64,000 bases of DNA from Salpingoeca rosetta (Eukaryota; Protista; Choanoflagellata). Under the pieces are notes generated by a model, which saw nothing but the letters and a program-made list of their open reading frames with translations, did no database searches and had not been told where the DNA came from. Both the position numbers and the translations under genes were made by a program. Below are positions 1 through 17,222 of this stretch, in pieces; position 1 is the stretch's first letter; every line of letters begins with the position of its first letter. The stretch spans positions 599,983 through 663,982 of the forward strand of contig JAWQFM010000015.1 of NCBI GenBank assembly GCA_033442325.1. The letters run 5' to 3'.

Positions 1-2064
1 CCAACAGGAGCAGGAGGAGGTGCAGGAGGTACAACACAAGCACCTGCAACAACACCAACCACAGCAGCACAAGCAACAGCAACAACACCAACCACAGCAG
101 CACAAGCAAGAACAGCACAAGCAAGAACAGCACAAGCAAGAACAGCAGCAGCAGCAGAAGTCCAAGGCTGCGCATGTGTCACAGCCCATATCGGGGCAAG
201 GGCGTGCTCGTAACGACACGAGTACCACGACAACGTCAACAGCCACCTCTCACACAACCGCAACAACCACCTCTGCGTCGTCCACGCCCGAGGAGCAAGG
301 CGACCCCTCTCCCGTTCGTCCTCGTCCTCATCCTCACCATCATCGTGATGGTGACGATGACGCCCACGGCACCACCCATGATGCCACGGCACAAGAGCGG
401 GCAGACACACTCGCGACGCCAACAGAGAGCAATGCGGTGGCTGTTCCCTCGATGCAGGCAAGCACCACATCAGATGCCACGACGACACCGACGGCGCCCC
501 TGCGAACATCGCACCGCCCCTCGCTGCGCGCATCGCCGCTTCGATATGGGCTGACGAGCCACAGCGAGGCCTCGTCACCAACGCTGTCGCTGTCACCGAT
601 TCGCAGCTTTGCACGCAGCCGCGCCACCTCCCCCATCCGCATGGCACCGCGCGCGCCATCATCGTCGTCATCAGCAGCAGCATCTCGCCAGCGCCCCGCG
701 TCCTACCATTCACGCCACCACCTGCCTCATCATCACCAGCCGCACTCACGCTCGCACCACCGCGGCCACACCCGCTCGACCTCGCTCGCGTGGACACCGG
801 AGCACTTGTCCACCTCTCTTCCCAACGCAGCAGCGCCGCACGCGTCCCTGCCCGTGTCACCCGCCACTTCCACCGTGTCGGGCCACACCATCTCCGCCCA
901 TGACACATGCACGCATGGTGGCTACGCTGACGGTCGTGGTGGTGGTGGTGGTGGTGGTGGTGGTGATGGGACTGATCACTTCGAGCATCAACGCCACCAC
1001 CACCACCACCACCACCACCGTCGTCAGCATCATCATCAGCAGCAGCAATACGGTGGTGTGCGCCGTGTGCGGTCGACGACGATGGGAACACCGCCAACGC
1101 GGCGGCGGCAGTACGGGACCGGCCTGAACGACAGCAGCGGTAGCAGCACCATCGTTGGCGGTGGCAGTGGCGGGTTGACGTCGACTGTATCTGCGGTTGA
1201 CCTGCACATACACACGTCCACTCCGCCGCACACGGGCCTCCACCACCGCCACAGTCACCACCAACATCCCCATCCACATAACCATCATCATCATCATCAT
1301 CCACATCATCACCAGCGGCCGCGTGCGCCGATGCGCTCGACGTCCCCGGAATCGGTTGTGCTCGGGCTGCTCCACTCGATGCTTCACGATGACACCCACA
1401 GCACCAGCACCGACCCCAACCACAGCCACCCGCACCACATCGACAGACACCGCGATGGTGGTGACGGTGGTGATGGTGGTGATGGTGCTGGCGACACGCG
1501 TGGACGCCGTGTTCATGCGCGTCAAGACAGCGTGGACGATGCTGGCAGCACACACGACGCCGCCACGCCTGCTGCCCACGTCGGTGGCACGACGGGGCGC
1601 GATGATGAGCGAGGCGGTGGCGCTGGCGGCGGCAAGACAAAGGAGGGCGGTGACGATGCGAGCGAGCAGCGGTTGGTGGAGATTGTATCCCATCAGCCGC
1701 TGCTGCCGGACAATCACGCCGCTGTTCCGCAGCGCCCGCTCCGCCCCCCGAGCATCAATCTCCGAGACCTGCGCGCGTCGCAACGCGAATTGCGCAACAT
1801 CTGGCACCCGTCCATCCGCGGGAACGACCAGTGGGCGCCACCACGGCATCAGGTCATTTACCACGTCAACAACCGAGCAGCCGTCACGCGCGCTGATGCA
1901 ATGAAGCAGCAGGGGTACCGCTGCTACAACTGCGGCCTCAAAGTGGAGATTAGCCACTTGTTTCAGGTGTGTGTGTGTGTGCATGTGTGTGCGTGTGTGC
2001 ATGTGTGTGTGCATGTGTGCGTGTGTATGTGTGTATGTGTGTATGTATGTATGTATGTGTGTGC

Positions 2065-2106
<42 letters not shown>

Positions 2107-2746
2107 TAGTTCGTGATCATCACCACCGTACTTGCAATCATCAGCGTATGCATGTTGTTGCTTTCCTTGCAATCGTCCCCCCCCCTCTTCACCATGTCTC
2201 GCCTTCGACTCTCATTCCCATCACCACCACCGTCACCACCACCCCCAACAACAACAACAGAAGTTCCGCTGGTGTGAGTACACGGGCAAGTACTTCTGCA
2301 CGTCGTGCCACAAGCAAGACAAGGCCTTTATCCCTGCACGCATCGTCCACTTCTGGGACTTCCGCCGCTACCCCGTGTCCAAGTTTGCTGCTGAGGTCCT
2401 TGTGTCCATCAAGGATCTGCCTGTTTTTGACCTGCAAACCATCAACCCGCGCCTGTTGAAACGCATTTCATCGCTGCGCAAAATGCATTTGCTTCGCGTT
2501 CGGCTGAAGTCTCTTCGCGACTACCTGTGCGCCTGTTCCAATGGAGAGCACCTGCTCTCGCTCCTGGGAGAGAACGACAACATGGCAACCTCCAAATCTC
2601 AATACTCCCTCATGCAGGTGTGTGTGTGTGTGTGTGTGTGTGAAACCTTGTGTTTCGTTGGCGCGCGGGAGAAACGCTGTTGGGATCGCAACCTCCCCTT
2701 GCTCACTACGCTCACAAACACACACACACACACACGCACACCACCA

Positions 2747-2779
<33 letters not shown>

Positions 2780-3738
2780 ACACACACACACACACACAAC
2801 ATACATATACACGTGGACAGCTTGTGAAGGTCAAGTCCGGGCAGCTGTACAGGGACATGGCGGCGGTGTGCCGCGTGTGGGAGGATCACGTTATGGGCTG
2901 CCCCCGCTGTCTTGGTCTTGGCCACATCTGCGAGTTTTGTAACAACGACAGGGATTTGCTCTTTCCCTTTCAGATTCAACGCATCCACAAGGTGTGTGGC
3001 TGTTCGTGCGTATGTTCGACTTGGGATCATTTTGGTGTGGATTGCTTGCTTGTGTGCTTGCTTGTTTGATGTGATTGCTTGCTTGTGTGGTTGCTTGTTT
3101 GATGTGCTTGCTTGTGTGGTTGCTTGCTTGTGTGCTTGCTTGTTTGATGTGCTTGCTTGTTTGATGGCTTGTTTTGGTGTGGTTGCTTGTTTTGGTGTGG
3201 TTATTTGGTTTGTTTGGTTTGCTTGTTCGTTGTACATGCTCCCACGTGCATGTGCACTCGCCCTGGGCTGTTGTTCCTCACTACTGACCTCCGTCGTCAC
3301 TGCAGTGTCCGGAGTGTAAGGCCATTTCCCACGCCAGGTGCTTTGCAAAGGTACAGAGGCATCCAACCAGCACCGCGTGCGATTCCATGCGCCGTGTGCG
3401 CACGTGCCTTGTGTTTGCATGTCCATGTAATGACAATGTGAATTTCCTGCAGTGCGTTGGAAGGCCGAGCATATGCGTTCACCCACACGCACACACTCAT
3501 TCACACACACTCACACACACACGTCCTCGCACTCACACACACACACACGCACACACACACACATACACTCATACACACATTGCAGCGGAAGCAATGCCCG
3601 CGGTGCGAGCGGCGGAGGCGGTATCGGGCCCGCAGCGCGCGCCTCAGCACCACCTCAACCACAGGGCGCAGCGGTTATGATGGTGGCGGTGGTGGTGATG
3701 GTGGTGATGGTGGTGATGGTGCAGAGAAGAGGCAGTGA
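1..3738 (+). CDS. Rubicon-homology (RH / zf-RING_9) domain protein, DEF8/PLEKHM1/Rubicon family, with a long His/Gln/Thr-rich N-terminal region; 5' end lies outside the window
   Basis: Exons <1-1966, 2261-2617, 2821-2991, 3306-3350 and 3586-3738 (all GT-AG) splice in frame to QGYRCYNCG...[17 protein letters not shown]...[20 protein letters not shown]...[18 protein letters not shown]...LLFPF...[25 protein letters not shown], the characteristic RH-domain Cys/His pattern. Confidence 0.9.
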
Positions 3739-3812
3739 TGCGCGCAGCTGTAGCGACAGACGGTTCTGACGAACGTGCACATGCCGCTGCTGTGACGAGC
3801 TATGCATCGGCG

Positions 3813-3875
<63 letters not shown>

Positions 3876-4294
3876 GGCACAGGCCTATCCACTGATGTTT
3901 ATTTTTATGTGTGTGTGTGTGTAAATCAGTGTGTACGTCGTCTGCGGTGGTGGTGCGAGTTGTCTGGTTACATGGACTGAGAAGACAGTTTTCGCTTGTG
4001 TACATACATACACCTTATTTGTGCGTGTGTGCGTGCGTTTGCACCACATCTGACCTCTTGAACTGTAATTGACTGTACGCTGTGCGTGATGGTGCATCTT
4101 GTGCTCCCCGCATTAAATTCATCGATTAAGCTCAACCACAATGAGCATGAAGGTGGGAGGGGGGAGCTTGCGCAGGCAGAAAAGGGGCCCCGCACACGCA
4201 CAGACATGCACACAAAAGTATGCATCACACAGACACACAGACACAGACACACACACGCACAGACACACGCACACGCACACACACACACACGCAC

Positions 4295-4355
<61 letters not shown>

Positions 4356-4357
4356 CA

Positions 4358-7035
<2,678 letters not shown>

Positions 7036-9062
7036 CACTTGTTTCCCTTTCCACAATGAGTCGCTGATTCAGCACTTTTCTCGACGCAGTCAAAGAAAGG
7101 ACTGTTGCCGCTCACATCACATCACCACCACAACAGCAGCAAAACACAACACGACATTCTGAAACGACGTTTTCCGTTGTTGCCGGCTCGGCTTGCTTGC
7201 TTGCTTGCGTGGGTTGCGTTGGCTCTTCTCTTTTCTTCTTGCCACACACACACAACCCCAGTTGACCTTCAGACGCACCCCCACCTTCGCCACTTCCTCC
7301 ACCCCACTCCCCACCACAGGCCGTGGGGAGACTGCTATTTTGATTCGCCCTGCCTGGGCCAGGGCGTGTCGGTGCCACCGCCACTTCCACCAAAATTCGT
7401 GGGGCGTGGGACAAGATTTCCTGTCCGAAAATAATCGAACATCTCCCTCTAGTTTTCCTTACCGTTAGGAAAACGAAAAGACACACCACACCACACACAC
7501 CACACCACACACACCAGCCACACACACACGCACACACACACACACGCACACACACACCACTGCCCACCACCACGCAGAAGCACAAGCAAATAACGCGCAG
7601 ATGCAACAACCACCAACCCCCGCCCGCTTCCCACCCCTTGCTTGGCTGCCTGACAAACCAACCACAGCAAGAAACGCAGGGACCAGGCAACGGCGAGACA
7701 CAATGCAAAGGTCAGAGAGACGTATGCACGTTTGTGTTTGTGTGTGTGTGTGTGTGTCTTGTGTGTCTTGTGTCAGTCCTGCGCGTGTGCTTCCCAAGCT
7801 CAACGCCAAATTGGCTGTGCTTGGACAAGGTTGCACCGTGTCTGACACCTCATATTGGAGTCACCACAACTAGGCGTAACAACTCACACACCATGACATA
7901 CATGACATGGCCCACAAACACACAAACACACACACATATGACACAGGCACACGGGCCTGTTGCTTGGGACTCGTCTTCACACAGTCACAATCTGAATGGG
8001 ACGAGCTTGCACGCCAGCATGTCCGCACGCTTCTGTCAGCTCCGCTCCTCTTCTCGTCAGCGCCAACCAGGCAAGTGTTTGCAACAGACACACACAAACG
8101 CACACACACACACACAGTCACAAACACGTTACGATGTGTTAGCCACCACAAATAACACAACCACACACACACACAGCTGCTGCAAGCGCCAAGCAAGCAA
8201 GCAAGCACAGCTTCTTTCATCTTCTTTCTGCTCACCCCCATATTCTTCTATTGCGTGTCAGGTGGACAAGCTTGTGCCTCACTCACATCCGGAGGTTTCA
8301 AACAAGTACTATCCACCTGCCCTCTGTCAGGGTTGTCGGCAGCCCTTTATCCCCTGTATCCCTCTCTGTCAGCTCCAGATGCATCGACCGCACCCTTGTT
8401 ATGACGATCTCAATGCGCACCGTGACTAGCGCGTGCGCTGCCCCGCCACAACACATATACTCGACCTACGCCGACCATGAACACCCACAGCCACCAGGAG
8501 ACACCCGAAGGTTCTGCTCTTCTTGTCATATCCACCACCCAGGTAACCACCGTGACATACGTTTGACACACCACGAAATCTTGTCGACAACACACTCCCC
8601 GACACACACATACACACACACACACGCACACGCTCGCATGAATGCCGTGCTTACGCACGCAACAACTCAGCATCGCCTCGCTTGCGTGTTCATTTTTCTC
8701 GACCATCTCAAACCACTCACACCTCCCCGATCCCTTGTCTGCACGCACTTATACACGCACACGCTTTCGCCGCACCCGTGTCGACACATCCCTCCCCTCC
8801 CTCTCCCCAAGCCTTCTCCTCCTCGGTGCTCAAACCCTGACAGCACGCGACACACCATCGCAGCATTCATTCCTGCGCCCTGCACACGCCACGCACGACG
8901 GAGAACCAAGACACACGCCGCTTCCACCGCGACCACCGTCACCACCACTGTCACCAAGCGTCTCCATTTTTGTCTGCGCCACCACATCGTCAACAAGGGC
9001 TCTCCACCACGACGCGCCTTCTGCCAAGCATCCGCACGACGACGACGACACCAGCAGCCAAG

Positions 9063-11168
9063 ATGGCGTTGACAACCCCGCGCCCTGTCACGGCATTCAC
9101 GGGCCTCATCGCGCTTAGCGCCATGGTCTTTGCCATCACCTTTGCCCTCGTCACCCCCGTCACCCCCGTCATGGGCGCCGCGTGCTCCAGCTACAACAAC
9201 TCGTACGACTGCGACGTCAGCCCCGACCTGTGCGCGTGGAACTACCACTGCGATTCCTGCGACCAAATGCCGTGCGAGTGGGGCTACACGGAGGAATACT
9301 GCCCAGAGTGGTGCGTGTGGGACACGGAGATTGGCGCCTGCCACCCGCCTGGCGAGTTCCCCAAGTGCTCGCAGATCCAGTACTCCCAGCCCTCCTGTGA
9401 GGCTGCCAGCCCAGAGTGCGTCTGGGACAACGTCTACAGCTTCTGCCTGCCCACCCTCATCTACTGCCGCTGGCTCGACGACTACACCAGCTGCACCAAC
9501 GACCCCAAGTGCACCTTCTACGAGGGCGTCTGCTACCCGAGCCACCGCGTGCCCACGTGCAAGGAGATTGGCAGCCTCGACTTCTGCATTGCCGCCGGCT
9601 GCGAGTGGGAGCCATCTTCGGGATGGTGCATCGACCGGGAAAACGAGGACGACTGGTGCTTCAACATCGCCTGGAACGAGGTCATGTGCAACTTCTACCC
9701 AGAGTGCACGTGGGACGCGTCGAGCGGCTGTCTTCCCGGCAGCATTTGCGGCAACCAGAGCAAGATACTGCTGCCCTTCACCGTCTTCCCCTTCCAGTAC
9801 AACGCCAGCTACGAGGACTCCATCCCCGTGCGGCGCGTGCGTCCGACGATTGGTGGCATCGGCCTCCCCGACGGCGTCTTCTTCGGCAACAACATCACGT
9901 ACGAGTTCACCCGTGGCCTCGTCTTGGATGGTGGCTGCCTTGGCTGGGCTCCCAGCGCACCTCTCACCTTCACCGATGGCGGTAAGCAATGCGTTCTTGA
10001 TGTGTGTGGGCGTGCTCGTGTGTTGTCTGTGGACACGTCTGCAAAAGGCACTGCTTCAATCCACCAGTCTGCCGCTGTCTTCATGTCTCTCCTGCTGTTC
10101 TCACGTGTGGCTCCCCCCCCCTCTTCTTGTCTGTTTCCTGCCTTTGTGGCATGGTGGGTTTTCTTCCCAACACAGCGACCTTCTACATGAGGGTGCTCCA
10201 CAAGGACTTTGAGTCAACCACCCCAGAAGGTGAGCAAGGGGGCAAGCGTTTGCCTGTGTGATTGTGTGGCTTTGTGAAGTGTGTGATGTGGTGTGATGTG
10301 ACACAGCGTTTTGGGGCATTTGAATTTTGCCGCCGTTTTGCCATGTGGATGAAATGTTTTTGGATTTGGTGGTTGGGTGTTCTCTTCCTGGGTGCTGGAT
10401 GCCACTTCCATTTGATCGTTTTGATCGTTTTGCCTGAGCACGTACACTCACTCGCCTTTGCTACCCCCTTGTTCCGCGATTGGTTTGCAGTGCTGTTTGA
10501 CATTTCTTCCAACGACAACGCCATCGTCTTGTCCAAGGGGTGAGTTTGTGTGTGTGTGTGTATGTGTGTGTGTGTGTGTGTAAATCGCTTGCGACATGCG
10601 CATACAGAGCCAAATTGTCACTCACACATCCAGTTGCTTTGTGTATGTGTAATTTGTCTCGCCACGTGGTCAGGCCCGGCAACACGCTGCAGCTGTTTGC
10701 TAGGCAGAACGCCACAATCACCGCCGTTGGAGCTGTGGCTGACGTCCTCGCCAATGTGACGGAGATCAGCCTTGTGTAAGTCACCAAGTGTGGTGTGTGT
10801 GGTGTGTGTGTGTGTGTGTGCGTATGTGTAGATTCATGTTTGTCATGCTGCAACACATGCGCATGCACGTTCATGGGTGCACATGTGCACATGTGAGTGT
10901 TTTTTTTCTGGGACTCAACTTCCACCTTTTGTGTTTTTCTTACCTTTGCTTTGAATACTGCCATTGTGACCATTTCTCTACAGCGTGTCCGAGGCCCACG
11001 TCATGGTGTACGTTGCCAGCTCCCTCGTCATTCATGGCCCTTGGAACGGCGGCATGAACTACATGTCTGGCACGTTCCGTGTCGGTTGCAGCGCCACCAA
11101 CGACAACGTCTGGCGCGGCGACCTCCAGCTCCTGGTCATCCAGGTGTGTGTGTGTGTGTGTGTTTGGC

Positions 11169-11210
<42 letters not shown>

Positions 11211-11527
11211 GCCATGCGTGTGTTTGGCCATGCGTGTGTGCCGTGACGCATGCGTTTCGTTTGTTATGCACGCCCCTTGAGGGCTTTCTGCCTCACCACC
11301 TTACCCCTTGATGACTCTTCCCCCCCCCCCTCTAAACTACAAATGCACACTGCCATCGACCTCAACAGGGCGGCATCGCTCCCGCCGTGCAGAACATGAC
11401 GCAGTACCTGCCACCAGATCCGCCAAAGGCCACCACGACCGCCATCCCAACAGAAGAGGTCACCTTCTCCGGCTGGGCAAGCGGCAGTGGCAGCGGCAGC
11501 GGTAGCGGCAGCGGTGGCAGCGTGTAG
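9063..11527 (+). CDS. Secreted protein: signal peptide, six 4-Cys (PSI-like, CxW) repeats, a laminin-G/concanavalin-A-like domain, a Pro/Thr stalk and a (Ser-Gly)6 tail
   Basis: Exons approx. 9063-9981, 10176-10229, 10491-10539, 10674-10775, 10984-11143 and 11369-11527 splice in frame. N-terminus is hydrophobic (LIALSAMVFAITFALV). Repeats include CSQIQYSQPSCEAASPECVWDNVYSFC. The LamG-like end is FRVGCSATNDNVWRGDLQLLVIQ and the C-terminus is TEEVTFSGWASGSGSGSGSGSGGSV*. Domain names are by-eye resemblance. Confidence 0.75.
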
Positions 11528-12631
11528 GCGTGCGTGCACCCGCACCCGCGCTGGACTCGAGGATGTGCCTGCAGGCACGCAGGATGCATTGGCCACTTGT
11601 GTTTGCCTGCTTGCTTGTGTACTTGAGTCGTTGATGTTCCTTAAGCTCTGTTCTTCGAGGGTCTTGGTGTCGATTTGGCTATGGTTGCAGTCGTTGTGTT
11701 TCTTCCGGTCGGTGATGTTGTGCACTCCTGCTCTCTTGTTTCCTTTCCTCTCGCACATGCACCTGCACGCGCGCCCGCACGCACACACACACACACGTGT
11801 TTTCCCCTCCCCTCCCTCTTGTTTTCAACACAGGCTCTCGATGTTGGCCAGTGAGCATTCACACCGCTATGTGCACGACCACAGTCGCGTGCTGTTGGTG
11901 ACACTGTGTCTGGCGTGGGCTGTTGTTGTGCTGTGATTTAGTCTTGTCATCTCCCTCCCCCCCCCACCTCTTTGCTGTGCAAAGTACATTTTGTGGTCGT
12001 GTGGTCTTTCCGGTTTTTTGGATCCACAAGTGGACTTCCCCTTGTGCCCACACCACGTGCCATGTGTCATGAGACACGTGCCATGTGTCGTGTGCCGTGT
12101 GCTTCTTCCGCTTGTGCTCCGTGACCCCCTCACCGCACTCTTACGTTAGTTCAGGCGCGTTCTTGTTCCTCTTCCCCCCCCCCCTTTGCAGCGTGCGTGC
12201 AAGCAGCGAGATGGTTTTGGTGACGTGTGGTCTTCGCGTTGCGTTGTCCTGTTGTTCTGGCGTGCTCTCGAGTGTTGCGTTGTGCCAACGCTGCCTCGTT
12301 TTGTTTTGTCACGCCACGCAACGGGCACACCAACAGTGCCCACCATCACCTCGCTTCCCCTGTTTTCCTCCTCCCCCTCTTTCCTTTCTATTCCGCGCTC
12401 CCCTCTTCATGTCTCGTCCGGTGAATTTGATGTCTGCTTCCGTTTTTGTCGTCGCACTACCTGCTGACCCATGTCTCCCTCTTCTCCCCCTCTCCCTCTC
12501 TCCTTATTCTTTTTCCCCTCTTTGCCCTTTGCTTTGACCTAGTTGATGCAATGAAAAAACTCGTAACCCGACAACAACCTTGGAAACGCACAAAGCATTC
12601 AGCACCGCCGTCACCACAACACACACACACA

Positions 12632-12663
<32 letters not shown>

Positions 12664-12673
12664 CGCACGCACG

Positions 12674-12740
<67 letters not shown>

Positions 12741-13232
12741 GCACAGTTGAAGTTGTCACTGGTTGGGGGAAGATGCGGGGGTTGGGCGGGGGCGAAACAA
12801 GCATGGGTGCTGTTTTCATCACCCACCACACGCGCTGATGTTTATGGCGAGAGACGCTGAGGGAAACAAACAAGCAAACACATGCACAAGACACACACAC
12901 ACACACACACACACACATACGCACGCACATACGCACACACAGCAATGGTGTGACACTGACGGTTAATGAAATGGGACAATCATCCAAGATGCAACAACTG
13001 GCAACCAAACACACACACACACACAAGACACACACACACACACACAACACACACACATGCAAATACACGGTGTTCAGAGAGCGTACACGTTGTGGACAAC
13101 GAACCAACGGCTCCAAGCGAAAGGCAACAAAACGCAAAGAAACGGGGCTGTGGAAAAACACAAAGGGCCGTCCCATAGGACGCAAGAACAACAAGAAGAA
13201 AAGTGACACGCCACACTCCACACAGGCTCAGT

Positions 13233-13267
<35 letters not shown>

Positions 13268-13383
13268 CAGCTGCATGATTGCAGTGCATTCAACTGCGGA
13301 CAACGCAACGAATAACAGCAGCAGCAGCAAGGCAACAGCAGTGGATGGAGTAGGAGTGACGACAAGAGGGGCGAGCATGGGCA

Positions 13384-13589
13384 TCATCGGTGGTTGGGGC
13401 TGACGGCCTCTTCCTCCAGATGTTTGAACTGGACGGTGAACGTCTGCTCCACCTCCCGCCACACACGCGGGTCAAACACAATGTATGTGCCGTGCTGCTG
13501 CGTTGCACTCGTCTGGTACTGGTACTTGTCGCTCTTCTTCAGCCACACCCGCTTCACCCGATGGAACCGCCAGCTCCGCCCAAACCTGC

Positions 13590-13621
<32 letters not shown>

Positions 13622-13631
13622 GGTGAGCACA

Positions 13632-13704
<73 letters not shown>

Positions 13705-13893
13705 ACATCACGCACAACACGCGGCACAGGGACGAGCGTGCGAGCACTGACAGGTGATTTGCGGCGGAGAGCTGGAGAATGTCGCCAGGAAGGTTGTAGA
13801 ACATGTAGAACAGCGTCTCGTCAGGAAACCGGTTGATCCCCTGGTGAAACAACGCGGTGCACATGGACGCGTGTACGCATGTGTGTGTGTGTG

Positions 13894-13943
<50 letters not shown>

Positions 13944-14921
13944 CAAGGTGAGGGCAAGACTTGGACTCCTCCTGCACGCATCACACCCGCTGCCGCAACA
14001 ATGGAGTCACGCCATGTCATGTCTGACCTGGGAGACGTGTGTGACGGGGAAGTCGCGGTAGCTCGACGGCAGACGGCCAAGCACGGGCGGCACTTGTTGC
14101 TGTTGTCCGCACACGAGGTACACGTCAAGCACATGCACACATACAACCAGGCGCACCCACAGACAGGCACAGGTTGTGAGCAAGCACAAGACAAGACGGG
14201 CCGTTGCAGAAAGCACGAGAGCAAGCGCAAACGGCACGCGAAAGCGCGGAAAGGCGAGTACCCATCACAATCATCCTCCACATCACCACCATCACAATCA
14301 ACGACCATCCACACATCCACATCACCACCATCACATTCAACCGCCATACCGCGTTCCACGGGGTGAGCAAGTGGGGAAAGGCCTCGCCCTCGTGACGGCG
14401 GAGAATGGGTTCAGACGCGTCCAGTCCGCGATGCAGCCGCCGCAGCTTCGCGTCGTCCGTGTACACCATCTGCAGTAGCCCTTCAAGCCCGTACTCGTGC
14501 CCGGGTAGCAGCTCTGGAGTGTTGGGAGTGCGTGCGCGCGCGCGCGCGCGTGTGTGTGTGTGTTGAGTGAGCGAGAGGTAAGCGGGCAATGGCAATGCCA
14601 TTTCCGTTGGACGACAGGTGGGAACAACGAGGAGGGACAATGCATCAAGACAGAAACACCACCAGCGCGTTCGCCTGAGGTGTCATACACTCACGTTTTG
14701 ACGCCTCCTTCAGCGCCGTATGCTTTTCCAAACCAAGGTCCCACGCTGTCAGGTTGGGTCAAGCACGAGGCATGATACACAGTGAGAACCACGCTGCAAT
14801 CGTAAAACAGAGCACAGCACAGCAGCAGAGCACATCATAGGAAACCACCGCACACCACACAGGGGAGCAAATTACGAACTTGGAACGGTCTTGATGGTGG
14901 CTCCCTTTAGTATCGAGCCGC

Positions 14922-15001
<80 letters not shown>

Positions 15002-16001
15002 TGCTGCTGCTGTTGTTGTTGAGGCTGTGGTGGTGGCGCTTGTGATGACGGCGGCAATTGCGGCTGCTGCTGCTGTTGTGCAGGTCTCTGTTGCTGTTGT
15101 TGCTGTTGTTGCTGCTGTTGCTGCTGCTGCCTGGGGGCCTGGGAGGAGAGGGAGGGGAAGTCGTCTGCGTGTATGCTGTAGCCTGTTGGTGGCGGCGCCG
15201 GCACGCGACCCGCCGCTACGCCGTTGTACGACGCACTCGACACGGGATGCGACGACGACGCTGCGCATAGCGGTGGTGGTGATGGCGGTGAGGGCAATGG
15301 AGGTGATTACAGCGATGGTGGTGGTGGAAAGCAGGAGGGTGGGGCAGCGAGGTGGTGAGGTGGGGTGGGGTTGGCATGAAGTTGGGACGAAGTGAGACTC
15401 AACCCCGTCAAAAGACAAAGAACCATGGCCCATCCACACACAGACAGAGCACGTGGCCGAGGAGCAACAACAGCCGATGGTACACTGGCTGATACTTACG
15501 CATGCTCTGCTGCGGCGCTCTCTGCTGCTGTTGCTGCTGTTGCTGTTGCAACTGCGGTGGCGGTTGGCTGTGGGGCGGGTGCTGCTGGGCGACGGCAGAC
15601 AGCTGCTGTTGCGAGCGCGGGGGCATGGTGGCGGAAAGGGCCGGAAACCCGGTGGGGTCAAGCATGCTGCCGTGGCCCTTCTGCCCACCGTACGCCTGGT
15701 GCAGCGCAGGATAGTTCTGGCGGCGGCAGCCGCGTTGGTGATGTGGGAAGTGGTGATGTAAGATTGTGGGCGTGGGATGGAGAACACCGGCTGTGAGTTT
15801 GGAGGGGGGGGATTCATGGTTGTGGTCGTGGTCGTCGTGGTGATGGGAATGGACTAGCCCATGCAGGGCACATACATTGCAAACAGGGTGCGAGAATACT
15901 TCCACAAGCGCACGACAGCCTCAGACAAAAACATACACGCACAACCACGCACCTGCCCGTTCGACATCATCATGCCTCGTTCTGCGTACATGGGAAACCC
16001 T

Positions 16002-16034
<33 letters not shown>

Positions 16035-17191
16035 GGCGGCTGTTGTTGCATCATGCCCTGCTGCTGTTGCTGCTGCTGCATTGCACCGCCGGGTTTCCTG
16101 TACGCCGTGCCCGGTGCGGGTGCAGACATGGTGCGGAGACCGGGGCCAGGCTGCTGCCGCATGCCACCCTGCGGTCTGGTGTGCATGAAATTGGCGGGAG
16201 CAAGCAAAGGGGAGGGGGAGGGAGAGGGAGGAAGAAGAAGGACGAAGGGTAAAAAGGGAAGACGTGTGAATCGAGGAGTCAAGCCCAGAGATTGGCGTGC
16301 AGTCAAGTGTGCGCGTGGATGTGCAAGGCCAATGAAGTGTGTAGGTGTGTGCAGGTGTGTAGGTGTGTGTAGGTGTGTGCTCTGGTGTTGCAGCTTACGG
16401 CATTCGTCCGCCTTGCGCCATTCCGTTCATCATCATCTGCACACGCACACAAAGATACACGCCCACAGGCACGTGTGAGAAAGCAAACATAAGCAGCAGC
16501 AAAGGAGACGGACATGTCTTGGTCCGTCAACGCAACACCACCGCCAACACGTGCGTGCATATATGCATACATGTGAGTGTGTGCGCGTGTGCATGTGTGC
16601 GCGCGCGTGTGTGTATATGTGAGTACGAATGTGTGAATGTGTGTGTGTGTATGTGAGTACGAATGTGTGAATGTGTGTGTGTGTGTGCGTGTGCAAGCGC
16701 CAACCATGTTTGGAAGACCGCTCTGACGCGAGGGTGAGCCAGGCATCCGCGCAAGTCTGCACAAGCGTTTGAATGTTGGGGGTGGGGGGGAGAACGTGTG
16801 AGGTTGGAGAGCAGTCGCACGAATAGGGGATGGACGGAAGGACGGATGCGCAACGAGCACAAGGCGAAAAGAAACACAGACGCAACTGCACACCCAAACA
16901 ACGCAGCAGCAGCATGGAACGCAGCAGCGTCATCAACACCATCATTGTCATCATCAACATCATCATCATCATCGTCCTCATACCCTGATGGCATTCCCAT
17001 GGGTCTGCCGCCCTGCGAAAACGGGGGCAGCGGGCCAGAGACGGTTGCAGGCACGCTCGACGCTGCAGTCGACACCGATATGGTGGCGGTGGCGGCGGTG
17101 CGGACATGGGAAGATATTGGTGAGGACACCGTGATGACAGGCAGTCAGACGGACAGGTCTTTGTTCGAACACACACGCAACACACGCACGC

Positions 17192-17222
<31 letters not shown>

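Noticed and set aside
11530-13380. Possible additional gene between the secreted protein and CNOT2
   Set aside because: It shows only low-complexity sequence with no coherent exon chain, consistent with convergent 3' UTRs and intergenic DNA.
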